Source of the DNA: Aureliella sp.
Lineage (GTDB): Bacteria; Planctomycetota; Planctomycetia; Pirellulales; Pirellulaceae
DNA length: 64,000 bases
Assembly: GCA_963691875.1 (NCBI GenBank)
Contig: OY829846.1
Location: forward strand, 4,064,001-4,128,000
Direction of reading: 5' to 3'
A model generated the notes under the pieces. That model was not told where the DNA came from and made no database searches. It saw only the letters and a list, made by a program, of their open reading frames with translations. Positions within the stretch are counted from its first letter, which is position 1. Each line of letters starts with the position of its first letter. Of this stretch, positions 18,827 through 29,162 are shown one piece after another. Both the position numbers and the translations under genes were made by a program.

Positions 18827-19564
18827 ATGAAACTTTATGCTATCGATCAGCATGATCAGCTGCTACACATATGGCGTGAGTCGAATGCTTCTAGTCTGCA
18901 CGTTGTCCATGTTGATTTTCACTGTGACATGCGCGGTTTGCTCGTCGATCGCGAGCGACAGCTGGGATGGAAGATTTCTGAAGTTCGCAGCACGCTGGAC
19001 GAAGGTAACTATCTGCGATACGGGATTTTTGAGGACATCGTGGATGGCGTGACTTGGGTGCATGGCACGCCTGGCGGTCGGATGTGTGATTTCCACACGC
19101 TCAAGTATACGACCGATTGGTCTACCCGCTTTCACCGTAAGGAAATGGCATCGCAGAAACCCAAGCCGCTGCGCTACGAAGTTTCTACGATGGGGGAGTG
19201 GCAGGGCACGGATGAGCAAGTCTTCTTGGACATCGATTGGGACACTTTTGCAGATCAGTCGTTGCCTGTGACGGAGATCGACGCTCGGGTGGAAGAGTTC
19301 TTGAGTAAGCCAATCGGTCCCAACTTGCAGGGCATCGCGGTATGCTATTCCAGGCATCACAGTCACGATACTCGAGAGCAATACGACGCGTTCGTCTCGC
19401 GTTTGGCGAAGAAGTATGGAGCCGAGGTCGAAAAGGTAGAGTACGTTGAAGGTTCCAACGTGATCCCGCTACGCAAAAAAATCATTCCACCGAGCGTTTA
19501 CAGCGCGCTGCAATCGATCTATCACGGATTTCGATTGTTTCTCAAACGCCGCGGAATTTATTGA
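18827..19564 (+). CDS. UPF0489-like / arginase-deacetylase fold metal-dependent protein
   Basis: IDQH, VVHVDFHCD, DEGNY and FLDIDWDTF metal-ligand motifs. Confidence 0.65.
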   Translation: MKLYAIDQHDQLLHIWRESNASSLHVVHVDFHCDMRGLLVDRERQLGWKISEVRSTLDEGNYLRYGIFEDIVDGVTWVHGTPGGRMCDFHTLKYTTDWSTRFHRKEMASQKPKPLRYEVSTMGEWQGTDEQVFLDIDWDTFADQSLPVTEIDARVEEFLSKPIGPNLQGIAVCYSRHHSHDTREQYDAFVSRLAKKYGAEVEKVEYVEGSNVIPLRKKIIPPSVYSALQSIYHGFRLFLKRRGIY

Positions 19565-19640
19565 GAGTCGCCGATTACTCCGCTTGCGGGAGCGCCCTGC
19601 TTGTATATCGCGCTTTGTGTTGGAGGTAGGGAAAGCGGTA

Positions 19641-20744
19641 CTAGCTCTGACTCTCTTTCGAAGTCCTGGCGCGAGGACGCACGCGGTTCTGAGGCATGCT
19701 GGGCGATGGAACCTTGTTGGTTCCTTCGTCGAATAAGGTCTTCATTTTGGGTGAAGTGGACGATTCCGCAGATCCCACGTTTGTAGTGCTCGGAGCTTTG
19801 GCCTGTTGCACCACCAAAGGTTGGCTGCTTGGCAAGTGCAACTCCATCTGTGGGAACGGAATGCCGATGCCGAACTCGTCCAATCGCAATTTAACTTCCT
19901 CAGTCAAAGCCTCTTTGACCAGGAAGTAGTCTTCAGTATGGGCCCAGAATCGAATGGTCCAATCGACGGAACTGGCTCCGAGGTTCGACAGGACAATTTG
20001 GTATCCACGACCTTCGCGAGCAATCATAACATCGGCAAAGCTCTCCGCACATTCGGCCAGAACACTCCGCGTTGCATCTAAGCTGGCCGAATAGTCGACT
20101 CCGATCGAGATGTCGACGCGGCGCTCCGCGTGAAAGGTAATGTTTTCGATTGTCGCACTTGTGATGGCGCTGTTGGGAACGATCAATCGTCGATTGTCAG
20201 GTGTGTCAAAGGTTGTCGTGAACAGATCAATGGCGTTGACTTTGCCCGTGATTCCAGCTGTATTCACCACATCGCCGACTTGAAAGGGCCGGAAGACAAG
20301 CAACAAAATACCTGCTGCAAAGTTGCTGAGTGTACCTTGGAATGCAAGGCCGATAGCAAAACCTGCGGCAGCTAGAACAGCTGCAAAACCTGCGACACCG
20401 ACCCCAAGAGTCTGCAGGACGGCAAGCCCACAGATCATCATGACGGAATAGAACACCAGCTTGCCCGCAAACTTTCCGAGCGTTTCATCGATTCGCTGAC
20501 AGATCGCTTTTGCTATCCAACGAGAGAATAACTTGGCGACAAAATACGCTACGATCAGAACAGCGAGAGCACAGACTGCTGGGATCAGTACGTTCACCGC
20601 CAAGACCATACTGGCGTCGGTGACGTCGCCAGCCATCAGCTTCTCGTATGACTCGGCAATCGTATCCGAGAAAGTCGGCTTCGCCGTCTCGATGGAACCA
20701 GATTCTAGGGAAGGCGCGGAAGCGGGATCGGTTGAAGTTGGCAT
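19641..20744 (-). CDS. mscS: Small-conductance mechanosensitive channel
   Basis: AAAGFAIGLAFQGTLSNFAAG, RPFQVGDVV, DNRRLIVPNS, GIGIPFPQ. Confidence 0.92.
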   Translation of the reverse strand: MPTSTDPASAPSLESGSIETAKPTFSDTIAESYEKLMAGDVTDASMVLAVNVLIPAVCALAVLIVAYFVAKLFSRWIAKAICQRIDETLGKFAGKLVFYSVMMICGLAVLQTLGVGVAGFAAVLAAAGFAIGLAFQGTLSNFAAGILLLVFRPFQVGDVVNTAGITGKVNAIDLFTTTFDTPDNRRLIVPNSAITSATIENITFHAERRVDISIGVDYSASLDATRSVLAECAESFADVMIAREGRGYQIVLSNLGASSVDWTIRFWAHTEDYFLVKEALTEEVKLRLDEFGIGIPFPQMELHLPSSQPLVVQQAKAPSTTNVGSAESSTSPKMKTLFDEGTNKVPSPSMPQNRVRPRARTSKESQS

Positions 20745-20930
20745 CGGTCAATGACTTCGATCTAGCTAAGGAGGACTCTTAGATTCACCTGCGTCGGCCA
20801 TCTATTTGGGCCGCATAGCGACAGCGGAGAGTACACTGTTAGGCGAGTTTGCGGATACGTCATTTCGACATCGAACGTGCGAATGACGCGGTTGCGCAAT
20901 TTCAGACGACAGAAAAACGGCGAGACGGAC

Positions 20931-22085
20931 ATGCTAGTAAAGGAAATCCAAGCTGCAGTGCGAGAAGTTCTGGATGAAATGGTTCAGGATCGTGCCTTTG
21001 CAAGCTATCAAGGTCACTACAGCACGCAGCTTAATGAGCAACTTGCCAACACGCTTTCGAGTGCGAATTGTGCTCTGTTCAGCAGTGGCAGCAGTGCGAT
21101 GGAAGCTGTCTTGCGGGCCAGTGGAGTGGGGCCCGGCGACAAAGTACTGCTATCCGGGTATGACTACCCCGGAAACTTCTGGGCCATCGAACGATGTGGT
21201 GCCACTCCTGTTTTACTCGACACAGAACCTCAGAGTTGGAATCTGGATGCATCGAAACTAGAGGCTGTACTTGGCAAACTAGAAACCGACGGTTCAGGGC
21301 AGGGGGCAGCCAAGGCTCTCATCGTTTCGCATCTGCACGGACAGCTTCAAGACGTTGCCGGGCTCAAAGCAATTCTATGCGATCGATCCGTTGCCTTGAT
21401 AGAGGACTCTTGCCAAGCAATTGGTGCTCAAGTTCCATCGCCTACCGATTCGCTCAAGCCGAGGCCCGTTGGGGAATTGTCCGATGCTCTGGTAGTCAGT
21501 TTTGGTGGCGGCAAAGTTTTGTCAGCTGGCCGAGGCGGTGCACTGCTGACTCGGTCAGATGCGCTTGCGCAAAAAGCAAAGTTAGCCGCGGGGGCCGGCA
21601 GTGGCCCTTACGCAATGTCCGAACTGCAAGCTGCAACGGTGCTGGCTCAGCTACCGTTTCTGAAACGCATTGACGCGACCGCGCGCCAATTCTTTACTGA
21701 GGTGCAAGACGATGTTCGTTCGTTCAGTCATTTTTCCCCATCACAGCCGCTAATTGAAAGTCCAGTGGATTTGTCCGCCCGCGAGTCTCAAACCAGTATT
21801 TATCAAATGGGTTGGATCCGACAATCAAAAGAATCAGCGTCGGATGAAGTGGAGCCATTACCGATCCCCGGTTTCAAAGTTGAACTGGATGGATTCAGCG
21901 GTGGTTCCGGCTTCTCGGGATTTCATCGCCGCAGTAAGCGACGATGTCTAACACCGATTCCACTTCAGCAAGTGCCGCTCCTTGCTCGCGATACCATAGT
22001 CGTCCATCATGGAGTCGCATTGGAGGGAAGAACGAGTCCACAAGAAGTTGCGGAATCCATTTTCGCGATTCTGAAAGGCAACTAG
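20931..22085 (+). CDS. DegT/DnrJ/EryC1/StrS-family PLP aminotransferase (divergent)
   Basis: SSGSSAMEAVL, GVGPGDKV, IVSHLHG, LIEDSCQAIG, SFGGGKVLSAGRGG with the catalytic Lys retained. Confidence 0.85.
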   Translation: MLVKEIQAAVREVLDEMVQDRAFASYQGHYSTQLNEQLANTLSSANCALFSSGSSAMEAVLRASGVGPGDKVLLSGYDYPGNFWAIERCGATPVLLDTEPQSWNLDASKLEAVLGKLETDGSGQGAAKALIVSHLHGQLQDVAGLKAILCDRSVALIEDSCQAIGAQVPSPTDSLKPRPVGELSDALVVSFGGGKVLSAGRGGALLTRSDALAQKAKLAAGAGSGPYAMSELQAATVLAQLPFLKRIDATARQFFTEVQDDVRSFSHFSPSQPLIESPVDLSARESQTSIYQMGWIRQSKESASDEVEPLPIPGFKVELDGFSGGSGFSGFHRRSKRRCLTPIPLQQVPLLARDTIVVHHGVALEGRTSPQEVAESIFAILKGN

Positions 22086-22270
22086 CCGTTCTTAGTGGCG
22101 GAGCCACGGCAAGCAATCTGGCTCAAAAGTTCATCGTGATGCGCATTTGTTCGCATGTCGGCCACACCGGAGATAACGGCACGTTGTTTTCTGGGGCTGC
22201 TTTCCACCTGTCGTCGCTCCGCGACTGGATAACCTGCGATGATCTTTGGAGTTCGCCAAGCAAATTGCCA

Positions 22271-23719
22271 CTAGGCCAGGATCTCATCGACCCTCGTTTT
22301 CTCGCGATCTTCTGGGCCGAGACCAGTTGGGCAGCCCATGGCGTCGAGCATGGTGTTGTAGACGTCGATCCCTTCGGCGTCGAGATCCGCGATCTGTCCT
22401 GTCTTGAATCGACCGGACGCACCGGTGACGGCGTGGAAGATGCCGGAGAGCTCGCGTTTCACGTCATTGTGTCGGCCATCGCCCGATTCGGTGGAAACAG
22501 TAATCATGGAGTTTTCCAGGATGGATTGACCGTTGGCTTCTTGGGTCTCATTTAACCGGCCAAGGAGGTAAGCCACTTCGCGCATTTTCAGATGGACGTG
22601 AGCCCGAAGCGCATCGTTGTCTTTGTCGGGCTTAAAGCGATGCCAGAATTCATGGCTGCAACCGCCTGAACCTGATTTCTTCAACTGACGCTGGTCATCG
22701 AAGGTAAAGATCTTGCGTCCCTCGTACTCGTAATCGCCGGTTAAACGAATGCGCTCACCGGCGGCCAGGAAGGTGATGGAGCCGAAGCGCACTCGGTCCA
22801 TTTCGATGGCCAAGGCATAGAGGTCCGCCATCAATCGCCATTCGCCAGTCAATTCATCCAAGGTAATGTCGATCCCTTCGCCGCCGGGATCTGCGCCGCC
22901 GCCGTGTAACACCTTAGAAGCGGGAGGCAGAGGCGGCGCATCTGCTTGCAATGCACTCAGTTGATAAGCACGCTGCTCGAACTCGCGGACTCGATCGAGG
23001 TGATCCGTTACCTTGGCTCGGGAAGCTTTACCCAGTTGAGATTTTGGACCAGTCATAAGCTTATATTGCTCTACAACCGAATCCAGCACACTCTTTCGAA
23101 GTCGTTTCTTAAGAAAATCTTCCTCACCGTCGGCTCCTGTTGCGACAGAGCCAAAAACACGCTCGAATAAGTCGCGCGGCTTCTCTTGCATCGTCGCCGC
23201 GACCGTTCCATCGCTTCGGTAGCTGTGAACGTAGCGACTAATTCGGCTCCGACGGAAGAAAGTACCTCCGATCAAAGTAGGCACCATGCCTGGAGGCATC
23301 CCCTTCGGATGATGAGCATCACGAACGACCTGGTCAATTGACGGGCCGCCTGATTTGGCTTCGCCATCGGGTGGCTCCGCAGTGAATGCAGCGGCGGAGC
23401 CATCAAAGTGCGCGTTGATTCCGGATTCGTCGCAACGCACCTGATCGACTTTGCGCATGATCAGCAGCTTGTCACGGAGTGGCTTGAGCGGTTCCAGAAC
23501 GCCGTCGTAGTCTTCCTCTTGCAAAGGTGCCGGAATTCCGAGTCCAAAGAATACGTTGAACGCCCGAACTGGAACTTGCACGGTGGCTGCCGAGGCGCTG
23601 GAAAGCATCATCTCTTCCAGCAGGGGTAGCCCGACCGTGATTGCACCCAGGCTAGAGATTCCGTTGCGGAGAAGTGTGCGCCGGTGCAATTTTGGGTTTC
23701 GATCGTGGATAGCAGTCAT
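22271..23719 (-). CDS. DUF1552 domain protein (Tat signal)
   Basis: HRRTLLR...LPLLEEM Tat motif, LEPLKPLRD, PSIDQVV, PRDLFERVFG, KSVLD, HLDRVREFE. Follows the DUF1592 gene, as is usual for this pair. Confidence 0.9.
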   Translation of the reverse strand: MTAIHDRNPKLHRRTLLRNGISSLGAITVGLPLLEEMMLSSASAATVQVPVRAFNVFFGLGIPAPLQEEDYDGVLEPLKPLRDKLLIMRKVDQVRCDESGINAHFDGSAAAFTAEPPDGEAKSGGPSIDQVVRDAHHPKGMPPGMVPTLIGGTFFRRSRISRYVHSYRSDGTVAATMQEKPRDLFERVFGSVATGADGEEDFLKKRLRKSVLDSVVEQYKLMTGPKSQLGKASRAKVTDHLDRVREFEQRAYQLSALQADAPPLPPASKVLHGGGADPGGEGIDITLDELTGEWRLMADLYALAIEMDRVRFGSITFLAAGERIRLTGDYEYEGRKIFTFDDQRQLKKSGSGGCSHEFWHRFKPDKDNDALRAHVHLKMREVAYLLGRLNETQEANGQSILENSMITVSTESGDGRHNDVKRELSGIFHAVTGASGRFKTGQIADLDAEGIDVYNTMLDAMGCPTGLGPEDREKTRVDEILA

Positions 23720-23915
23720 GAGTTCCTGATCCTGTTCGATTTGGCTAGGTAGGATGTTTGCTAGTGAGAGTTCGGAGGAAAGGTGAACCCTCTCTGGGCC
23801 CACGCGTAGCGGAGAGCCCGACTCTCACGACCAAAGCAGGCTTCGGTGTCCGGAACCAGCTGCGCAGGAGGGAGCGCATCTAAAACTGGCAGCCACATAG
23901 TCTACACGTATTTGT

Positions 23916-26576
23916 TTATTCTCTCGTCGTTTGGCTTAATTGTACCAGATTGCTTAACACGATCGCTTTCATCAAGTCTCGATAGCTGCCGCCAGCGGAC
24001 AGAGCAGTTTGATGTATCTTTTCGACATATGGAGCATCTGCAACTGTTAGTGGTCGACCCATGGCAAACTGGGTGAGCTTCCAAGTTAGGCTCTCCTGGA
24101 CGCGCTTGTTCTGCGCTAGCAAATCCATCAACTTGGCGGCACTCTTGTAGTCTAGTATTGTCGCTGAGCCGGGTATCACGACATCGCCATCTTCACGCAA
24201 GGCGTTTCCATACTCGTCCTTTGCATGGAAACTACCCAGTCCATCAAACCGTTCGAGTCCAAAGGCGAGTGGTTCGAATCGAGCGTGGCAGCCGCCGCAA
24301 GCCTTGTTCATGATCCGATCCGTTGCAATCATGCGCTGCGTCAATCCAGGCTCGGAAGGTACAGGTGTAGTGTCCACGCAAGGAGGCGGATCTTTTACGA
24401 CGCCACGTAGGAGATCGTGGAGCACGAATAGCCCACGTGTGACCATCGAGGCTTCGTCTCCGCCAATGGTGAGCACACTGCCTTGCGTCAAGAGCCCGCC
24501 GCGCTCGGAGCTAGGCGGCAAGTCGATGCGTACAAGCTGGTCTGGCTTGGAGTTTTTTATTTTTTCCAACGCAGATTTCAGGCGATAGTGTTCCGCGAGT
24601 CGCCTGGTGGTGAAAGCGACTTTGGCATTGAGCAAATCGGACAACGGTCGATTTTGCTTCAAGGCGACATGTTCGAAGAATGCCAGTGTTTCTCGACGCA
24701 TGTCGTTTGCTAAAGCAGGATTCCAGTCGGGAAATCTCTGGGAACTCGGATTGAGATTGGACAGCGATGCCAGATTCAGCCACTGGGCGACAAACTGCTT
24801 GGCCCGCTCGTTAGCACGTTCGTCCTTGAGCATGCGATCTGCTTGCTTGGCCAATTGCTTGGAGTCGAACAGCAATCCATTCTTAGCCGCTTCGAACAAT
24901 TCTTTGTCCGGCGAGCTACCCCACAGGATATAACTGACTCGACATGCCAGTTCATATTCGTTGACTGGCCAATCACTTCCGTCGCCGAGTTGGTTTTCGA
25001 TGCGATAAAGGAAGCGAGGCGATTGCAACATGGCTTGCAGGATCAAGCTCGCCGCATCTTCGAAACTTCCGCTGCTGCTGGCAAGCGTTGTGGAAATACC
25101 ACGATAGGCGATGACTTCTTGCTCGCTGAGCGGGCCACGTAGCACCCACATTCCCATGTTTTCGATGAAGGCGCCGACATTGTTGTCGGTGAACTCACGT
25201 TTCTTCGTGAAGCGACGAGCGAAGGCAGCCATATCCATCTTGGCGACAATTTGCTCAGCCAACTCTCGGTAGGCTTCGATGTGTTTAAGGTCCACATTCA
25301 GATTGTAGGCAGTGTTGTTGAAGCCATCGGCTCGCAAGTCTTTCGGCAGCGCCATAGGAGCTTCTTGGGCGATATCGACTCCTAGAGTCGTGCTGACCGT
25401 TGCGATGTATTCGTCCACCGTGAGTCGCTGGACGTAACGCTGACGGAAGTCGCCACCATGAAGGAAGAGAAAGGGATCGACGAAATCCAAGCTCCACTTG
25501 GCTCCTGAGTCCACCCAATCGGTTAGGATTTTCTTTTCCTCCGCCAGCAAGGGTGCTCGCTCGTGGGGCATGTCGTCGTTTTGGATGGACTGGATCAACA
25601 AGCTTTCGGCCGCTTTGCCGGGAATGATGGCAGGACCGCTTTTACCGCCTGCGAAAGCGAGTTTACGGTGGGTCAGATCGAGGCCGCCTTCTTTTGAGAG
25701 CGCATCGTGGCACTCTGAGCAACGATTAGCAAGTATTGGAGCAACTCTCAGAGCAAACTGATCTGGTCCAGCCTGAGTAATGCGTTCTACCGGCTTTGAC
25801 TTGACATCAGGACCGGCGTCGTAATTTTTGTTTACCGATGCAGGTTTCAGCGCACGATTGTAGATGGCGACGAGTCGGAGTTCTCCATGCCATTCACGAC
25901 CGCCGTTGAATTCATCACCCAAGCTGAGGCGATATGATTTGTTCCAGTTGGAGAGACTACCTAGCGCCTTTCCACGCGTCGTTTCTTTTCCGTCGACGAA
26001 GACATGTGTTTCTCCTTGGCGGTCCTGAGTGTAAACAATGTGAGAGAGTTTTTCAGAGACAACTATCTCTTTGGTTGAGGTTGATGGGATACCGTTGGAG
26101 TTTGTCTTGCTGCTACGCAAACGCACATCCCATTTGCCAGCATCTTGGCCCAGAGTGAGATTTCGATTCGTAGAGTCTTGCGAAATAGAGAGAACCCGTG
26201 CAGGACCTGCTTGGTCGAGCTTCGCGGGTTTGAGCCACGCTTCAATGGTGACTTCGCCGCTGCGTTGGATTGCAGCGCTAATCTTATGCGCTGGTTTGTT
26301 TGACTTTATCTGTGCTTTTCCACGAATGAAAAGCTTTCCGTCTTCACGACGAACCGCGTCGCGATTCTCAACTCTCAGATCGACGGGAACTCCAAAACCA
26401 CCTCGGTCGCGAATCCAACCTTCCTCTCCACCGTAGAAGTCGTAGAGCAGCACAAGGTTTTCGCTGACACGATCTTGCGCGGGGGCGTTTGAGATGGAAC
26501 CAAGTAGACAGTAAGCAAATGAAAGCAGAGCGGAAAGGTGCACCAGTAGTCGTTGTGCTAGTATCGCTTGAAGCAT
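23916..26576 (-). CDS. LamG + planctomycete cytochrome c + DUF1587/1595/1592/1588/1585 protein
   Basis: Signal peptide. LamG (VTIEAWLKP, WHGELRLVAIYNRAL), PILANRCSECH, RLTVDEY, LQSPRFLYR, YELACRVSYILW, RGGLLTQ, CGGCHARFEPLAF. Confidence 0.92.
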   Translation of the reverse strand: MLQAILAQRLLVHLSALLSFAYCLLGSISNAPAQDRVSENLVLLYDFYGGEEGWIRDRGGFGVPVDLRVENRDAVRREDGKLFIRGKAQIKSNKPAHKISAAIQRSGEVTIEAWLKPAKLDQAGPARVLSISQDSTNRNLTLGQDAGKWDVRLRSSKTNSNGIPSTSTKEIVVSEKLSHIVYTQDRQGETHVFVDGKETTRGKALGSLSNWNKSYRLSLGDEFNGGREWHGELRLVAIYNRALKPASVNKNYDAGPDVKSKPVERITQAGPDQFALRVAPILANRCSECHDALSKEGGLDLTHRKLAFAGGKSGPAIIPGKAAESLLIQSIQNDDMPHERAPLLAEEKKILTDWVDSGAKWSLDFVDPFLFLHGGDFRQRYVQRLTVDEYIATVSTTLGVDIAQEAPMALPKDLRADGFNNTAYNLNVDLKHIEAYRELAEQIVAKMDMAAFARRFTKKREFTDNNVGAFIENMGMWVLRGPLSEQEVIAYRGISTTLASSSGSFEDAASLILQAMLQSPRFLYRIENQLGDGSDWPVNEYELACRVSYILWGSSPDKELFEAAKNGLLFDSKQLAKQADRMLKDERANERAKQFVAQWLNLASLSNLNPSSQRFPDWNPALANDMRRETLAFFEHVALKQNRPLSDLLNAKVAFTTRRLAEHYRLKSALEKIKNSKPDQLVRIDLPPSSERGGLLTQGSVLTIGGDEASMVTRGLFVLHDLLRGVVKDPPPCVDTTPVPSEPGLTQRMIATDRIMNKACGGCHARFEPLAFGLERFDGLGSFHAKDEYGNALREDGDVVIPGSATILDYKSAAKLMDLLAQNKRVQESLTWKLTQFAMGRPLTVADAPYVEKIHQTALSAGGSYRDLMKAIVLSNLVQLSQTTRE

Positions 26577-26766
26577 CGGGCAGGCGCTCGAGGAGATTTG
26601 GAAGCCAAAGGGTAGCTCGTAAGGCGGAGCTATAACTTACCCTCCTTCATCGCGGATTGCGAGAAGTTAACGATAGTAGCGGGAGAAGACGGGTGCTGAG
26701 CTGGGAAGAACTGGGGCTCTGGCAAGCAGGGTGCTTATCCCAACGCAGAAGCCATAAATGGGCCAA

Positions 26767-26797
26767 GGGGGAGAAGCACCTAGAGTGCTTCTCCCCC
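26767..26797 (-). terminator. Strong hairpin downstream of htrA (probable terminator)
   Basis: GGGGGAGAAGCAC-CTAGA-GTGCTTCTCCCCC, a perfect 13-bp stem. The U tract is weak. Confidence 0.6.
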
Positions 26798-26892
26798 GAT
26801 CCCTCCTGGATAGTAGCCTTGCGGCTACCGTCGTCTGAAAGAGCTAGCTAAATCCAACTCTTGGTCTGAATGTAATCTGGCGGCTCTTGTTC

Positions 26893-28224
26893 CTAGCGAA
26901 TTTCCATGGTACCCCAGAACACATCTTTGCCTCGAATGATATGGAACTTGGGGGCAGAGGCAGTTCGCATTTTGTCCGAGTCAAGGATCCAATCCAAGTC
27001 AGTCCAATTCGGCGTTTGCCATTCCATCAGGCCGACCAAGATATCGCCTTTTTTGATAAGTGCTTCGTCGGCTGGGCTGCCTTTGCGAACGGAGCGAATG
27101 CGAAGTCCACCTTTGTAGCTTGAGTCAACGCGGCGAACGTAGCTGGAATCTGTTGCTTCGAGCTGTATACCAAGCCGGGCCAGTACCTTGTCCCGAATTG
27201 GCCCTGTCGAAGCCAAGGTGACGCGAGGCTCGGTGCTGGTGCCGAGCACGAAAGTCGATTCGACGTCTTCCGCGTCGCGTTCCAGACCAAGTTGCACTTG
27301 GGCACCATTGCGGAGTCCGAGAAGGGCCAATTCGTATTGCATACGGTTTTTGACTTCACGACCGCGGATCGTGCGAATAATGTCGCCGCGCTGAACGCTC
27401 TCATCTTGCGATCGAACGACTTTGATTGACGTCTTGCCATCCCGGTATTGGGTTTGAACTTGCAACTCTCGCGAGTTCGCTGGTCCACGATACTTGGCGA
27501 TCATGTCTGCAGCGACTTCCATGGCTTTGTCAACAGGAATCGCAAATCCGATACCTTGAGCTCCGATGCGAACCGCAGCATTGATTCCAATCATCTTGCC
27601 GTTGGCATTGAGCAGTGGGCCGCCTGAGTTGCCAGGGTTGATACTGGCGTCTGTCTGGATCAAGTCGGGATAATCCTGAACGCCGTTGACAGGGATATCT
27701 CGGTGCAGAGCACTGATAATGCCTTCGGTGACGGTGTCATGGTAGCCAAACGGATTTCCGATCGCGATGACGGGCTCACCACGCATCAGGTCGGAAGAAG
27801 TTCCAAAGTCGATGGTCGTCAGCGAGTTGCGAGTATCGATCTTAATCACCGCCAGATCGGTTTCTGGGTGATGCGCGATCAATCTTCCAACGTACTGCCG
27901 ACCGTCATGCATGGTGACTTCGATTCGGCTAACGTCTTGGATAACATGCTGGTTGGTTAAAATGTATCCACGCGGATCAACGACAACGCCAGCACCCATT
28001 CCGTTGACTTGTTGCTTTTCACCAGGTGAGCCAACAATGTTAGAGGCTGGTTTGTTGCCTTCAATATTTACGACTGCTGGTTCAGCGCGTTGTATCGCTA
28101 GCACCGTGGTCGTGTAGCGTGGAGAATTAATATCTTCTGCGCGAGCAGCTGGAACGGCTAGGGTTGCCAATCCAATAATGGCGAGGCTTGCCACTAGAGG
28201 TAGGCGTCTTGTCTGCTTCGTCAT
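26893..28224 (-). CDS. HtrA/DegP-family serine protease with two PDZ domains
   Basis: ILTNQHVI, TDLAVIKI, IQTDASINPGNSGGPL catalytic triad, C-terminal PDZ (GSPADEA). Signal peptide from MTKQ. Confidence 0.93.
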   Translation of the reverse strand: MTKQTRRLPLVASLAIIGLATLAVPAARAEDINSPRYTTTVLAIQRAEPAVVNIEGNKPASNIVGSPGEKQQVNGMGAGVVVDPRGYILTNQHVIQDVSRIEVTMHDGRQYVGRLIAHHPETDLAVIKIDTRNSLTTIDFGTSSDLMRGEPVIAIGNPFGYHDTVTEGIISALHRDIPVNGVQDYPDLIQTDASINPGNSGGPLLNANGKMIGINAAVRIGAQGIGFAIPVDKAMEVAADMIAKYRGPANSRELQVQTQYRDGKTSIKVVRSQDESVQRGDIIRTIRGREVKNRMQYELALLGLRNGAQVQLGLERDAEDVESTFVLGTSTEPRVTLASTGPIRDKVLARLGIQLEATDSSYVRRVDSSYKGGLRIRSVRKGSPADEALIKKGDILVGLMEWQTPNWTDLDWILDSDKMRTASAPKFHIIRGKDVFWGTMEIR

Positions 28225-28666
28225 CGAGGCCCTTCCGAGCGGGAAATCGGTTGGGAGCATTGCCAGGTGGGTCGCCTAGGAAATGCCACAGTTGAAAGTT
28301 GGCGCACTGTGTCCAGCAGCCGGGCTACGAACAATGGATCGGTTGGACCGGTTCGAGGGCTTAATCCGAGGGTTCGCTGCCTGCAGCCGCTGCCCATTTT
28401 AACCTAGTGTTAATCAGGGTTGACTTTTCGGGCTGCGGTGAGAGTCGGGGTGATTTTCGTTTCACTCCGCGTAGTGGTTGTCAGCTTGTAGAGTCCGTAG
28501 GCCGATTGCCAGCGGAGGCGGAGGACCATCATTATCGCGCTTATATACAACCAGGGACCAACTTAGACGGTCGACCTTGCTTGGACTCATTTACTTAGAG
28601 CTTCGTGCTTGTTCTTTGTCGCAAGCGCAATGGCGCAGCGTGAAGCTATCAATTAGTTGGTAGTTG

Positions 28667-29110
28667 CTAGCCTTGATTAGGTTGTTCATCCATGCTGCGG
28701 ATGTACTGACGAAGACGTTCGAGTTCGTCGGTGGTGTCTTTCAAACGCAACATATTCTCGACCCGTTTTAGTAACTCCGGCTTATTGATAGGCTTCGACA
28801 GAAAGTCGTCTGTGCCAGCACGGACCGCGCGTTCAATGTCACCGAGCTCATTTAGGGCAGTGACCATGAGGATCATGATCTTCTTCGATTCTGGATCGCC
28901 CTTGATTTGCTCGCAAACCTCGAAGCCACTTTGCTTCGGCATCATGACGTCCAACAAAATCAAGTCCGGTTTAAAGCTCTTTACTTTGGCCAGCGTATCT
29001 TCGCCGTCTACAGCGAACTCTGTATCACAATCGATAACCGCTAAGTAGGCTTCGAGCAATTCACGATTGGCTGCATTGTCGTCGGCGATGAGAATCTTGT
29101 TGGATGGCAT
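28667..29110 (-). CDS. Single-domain response regulator (receiver plus short helix)
   Basis: KILIADDN, DLILLDVMMP, MVTA, DDFLSKP. Confidence 0.93.
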   Translation of the reverse strand: MPSNKILIADDNAANRELLEAYLAVIDCDTEFAVDGEDTLAKVKSFKPDLILLDVMMPKQSGFEVCEQIKGDPESKKIMILMVTALNELGDIERAVRAGTDDFLSKPINKPELLKRVENMLRLKDTTDELERLRQYIRSMDEQPNQG

Positions 29111-29162
29111 GGTGATGCTCAATGTAATGAAACAGTTAGCTAGCTTTGGGCGGAAGTGGTTC

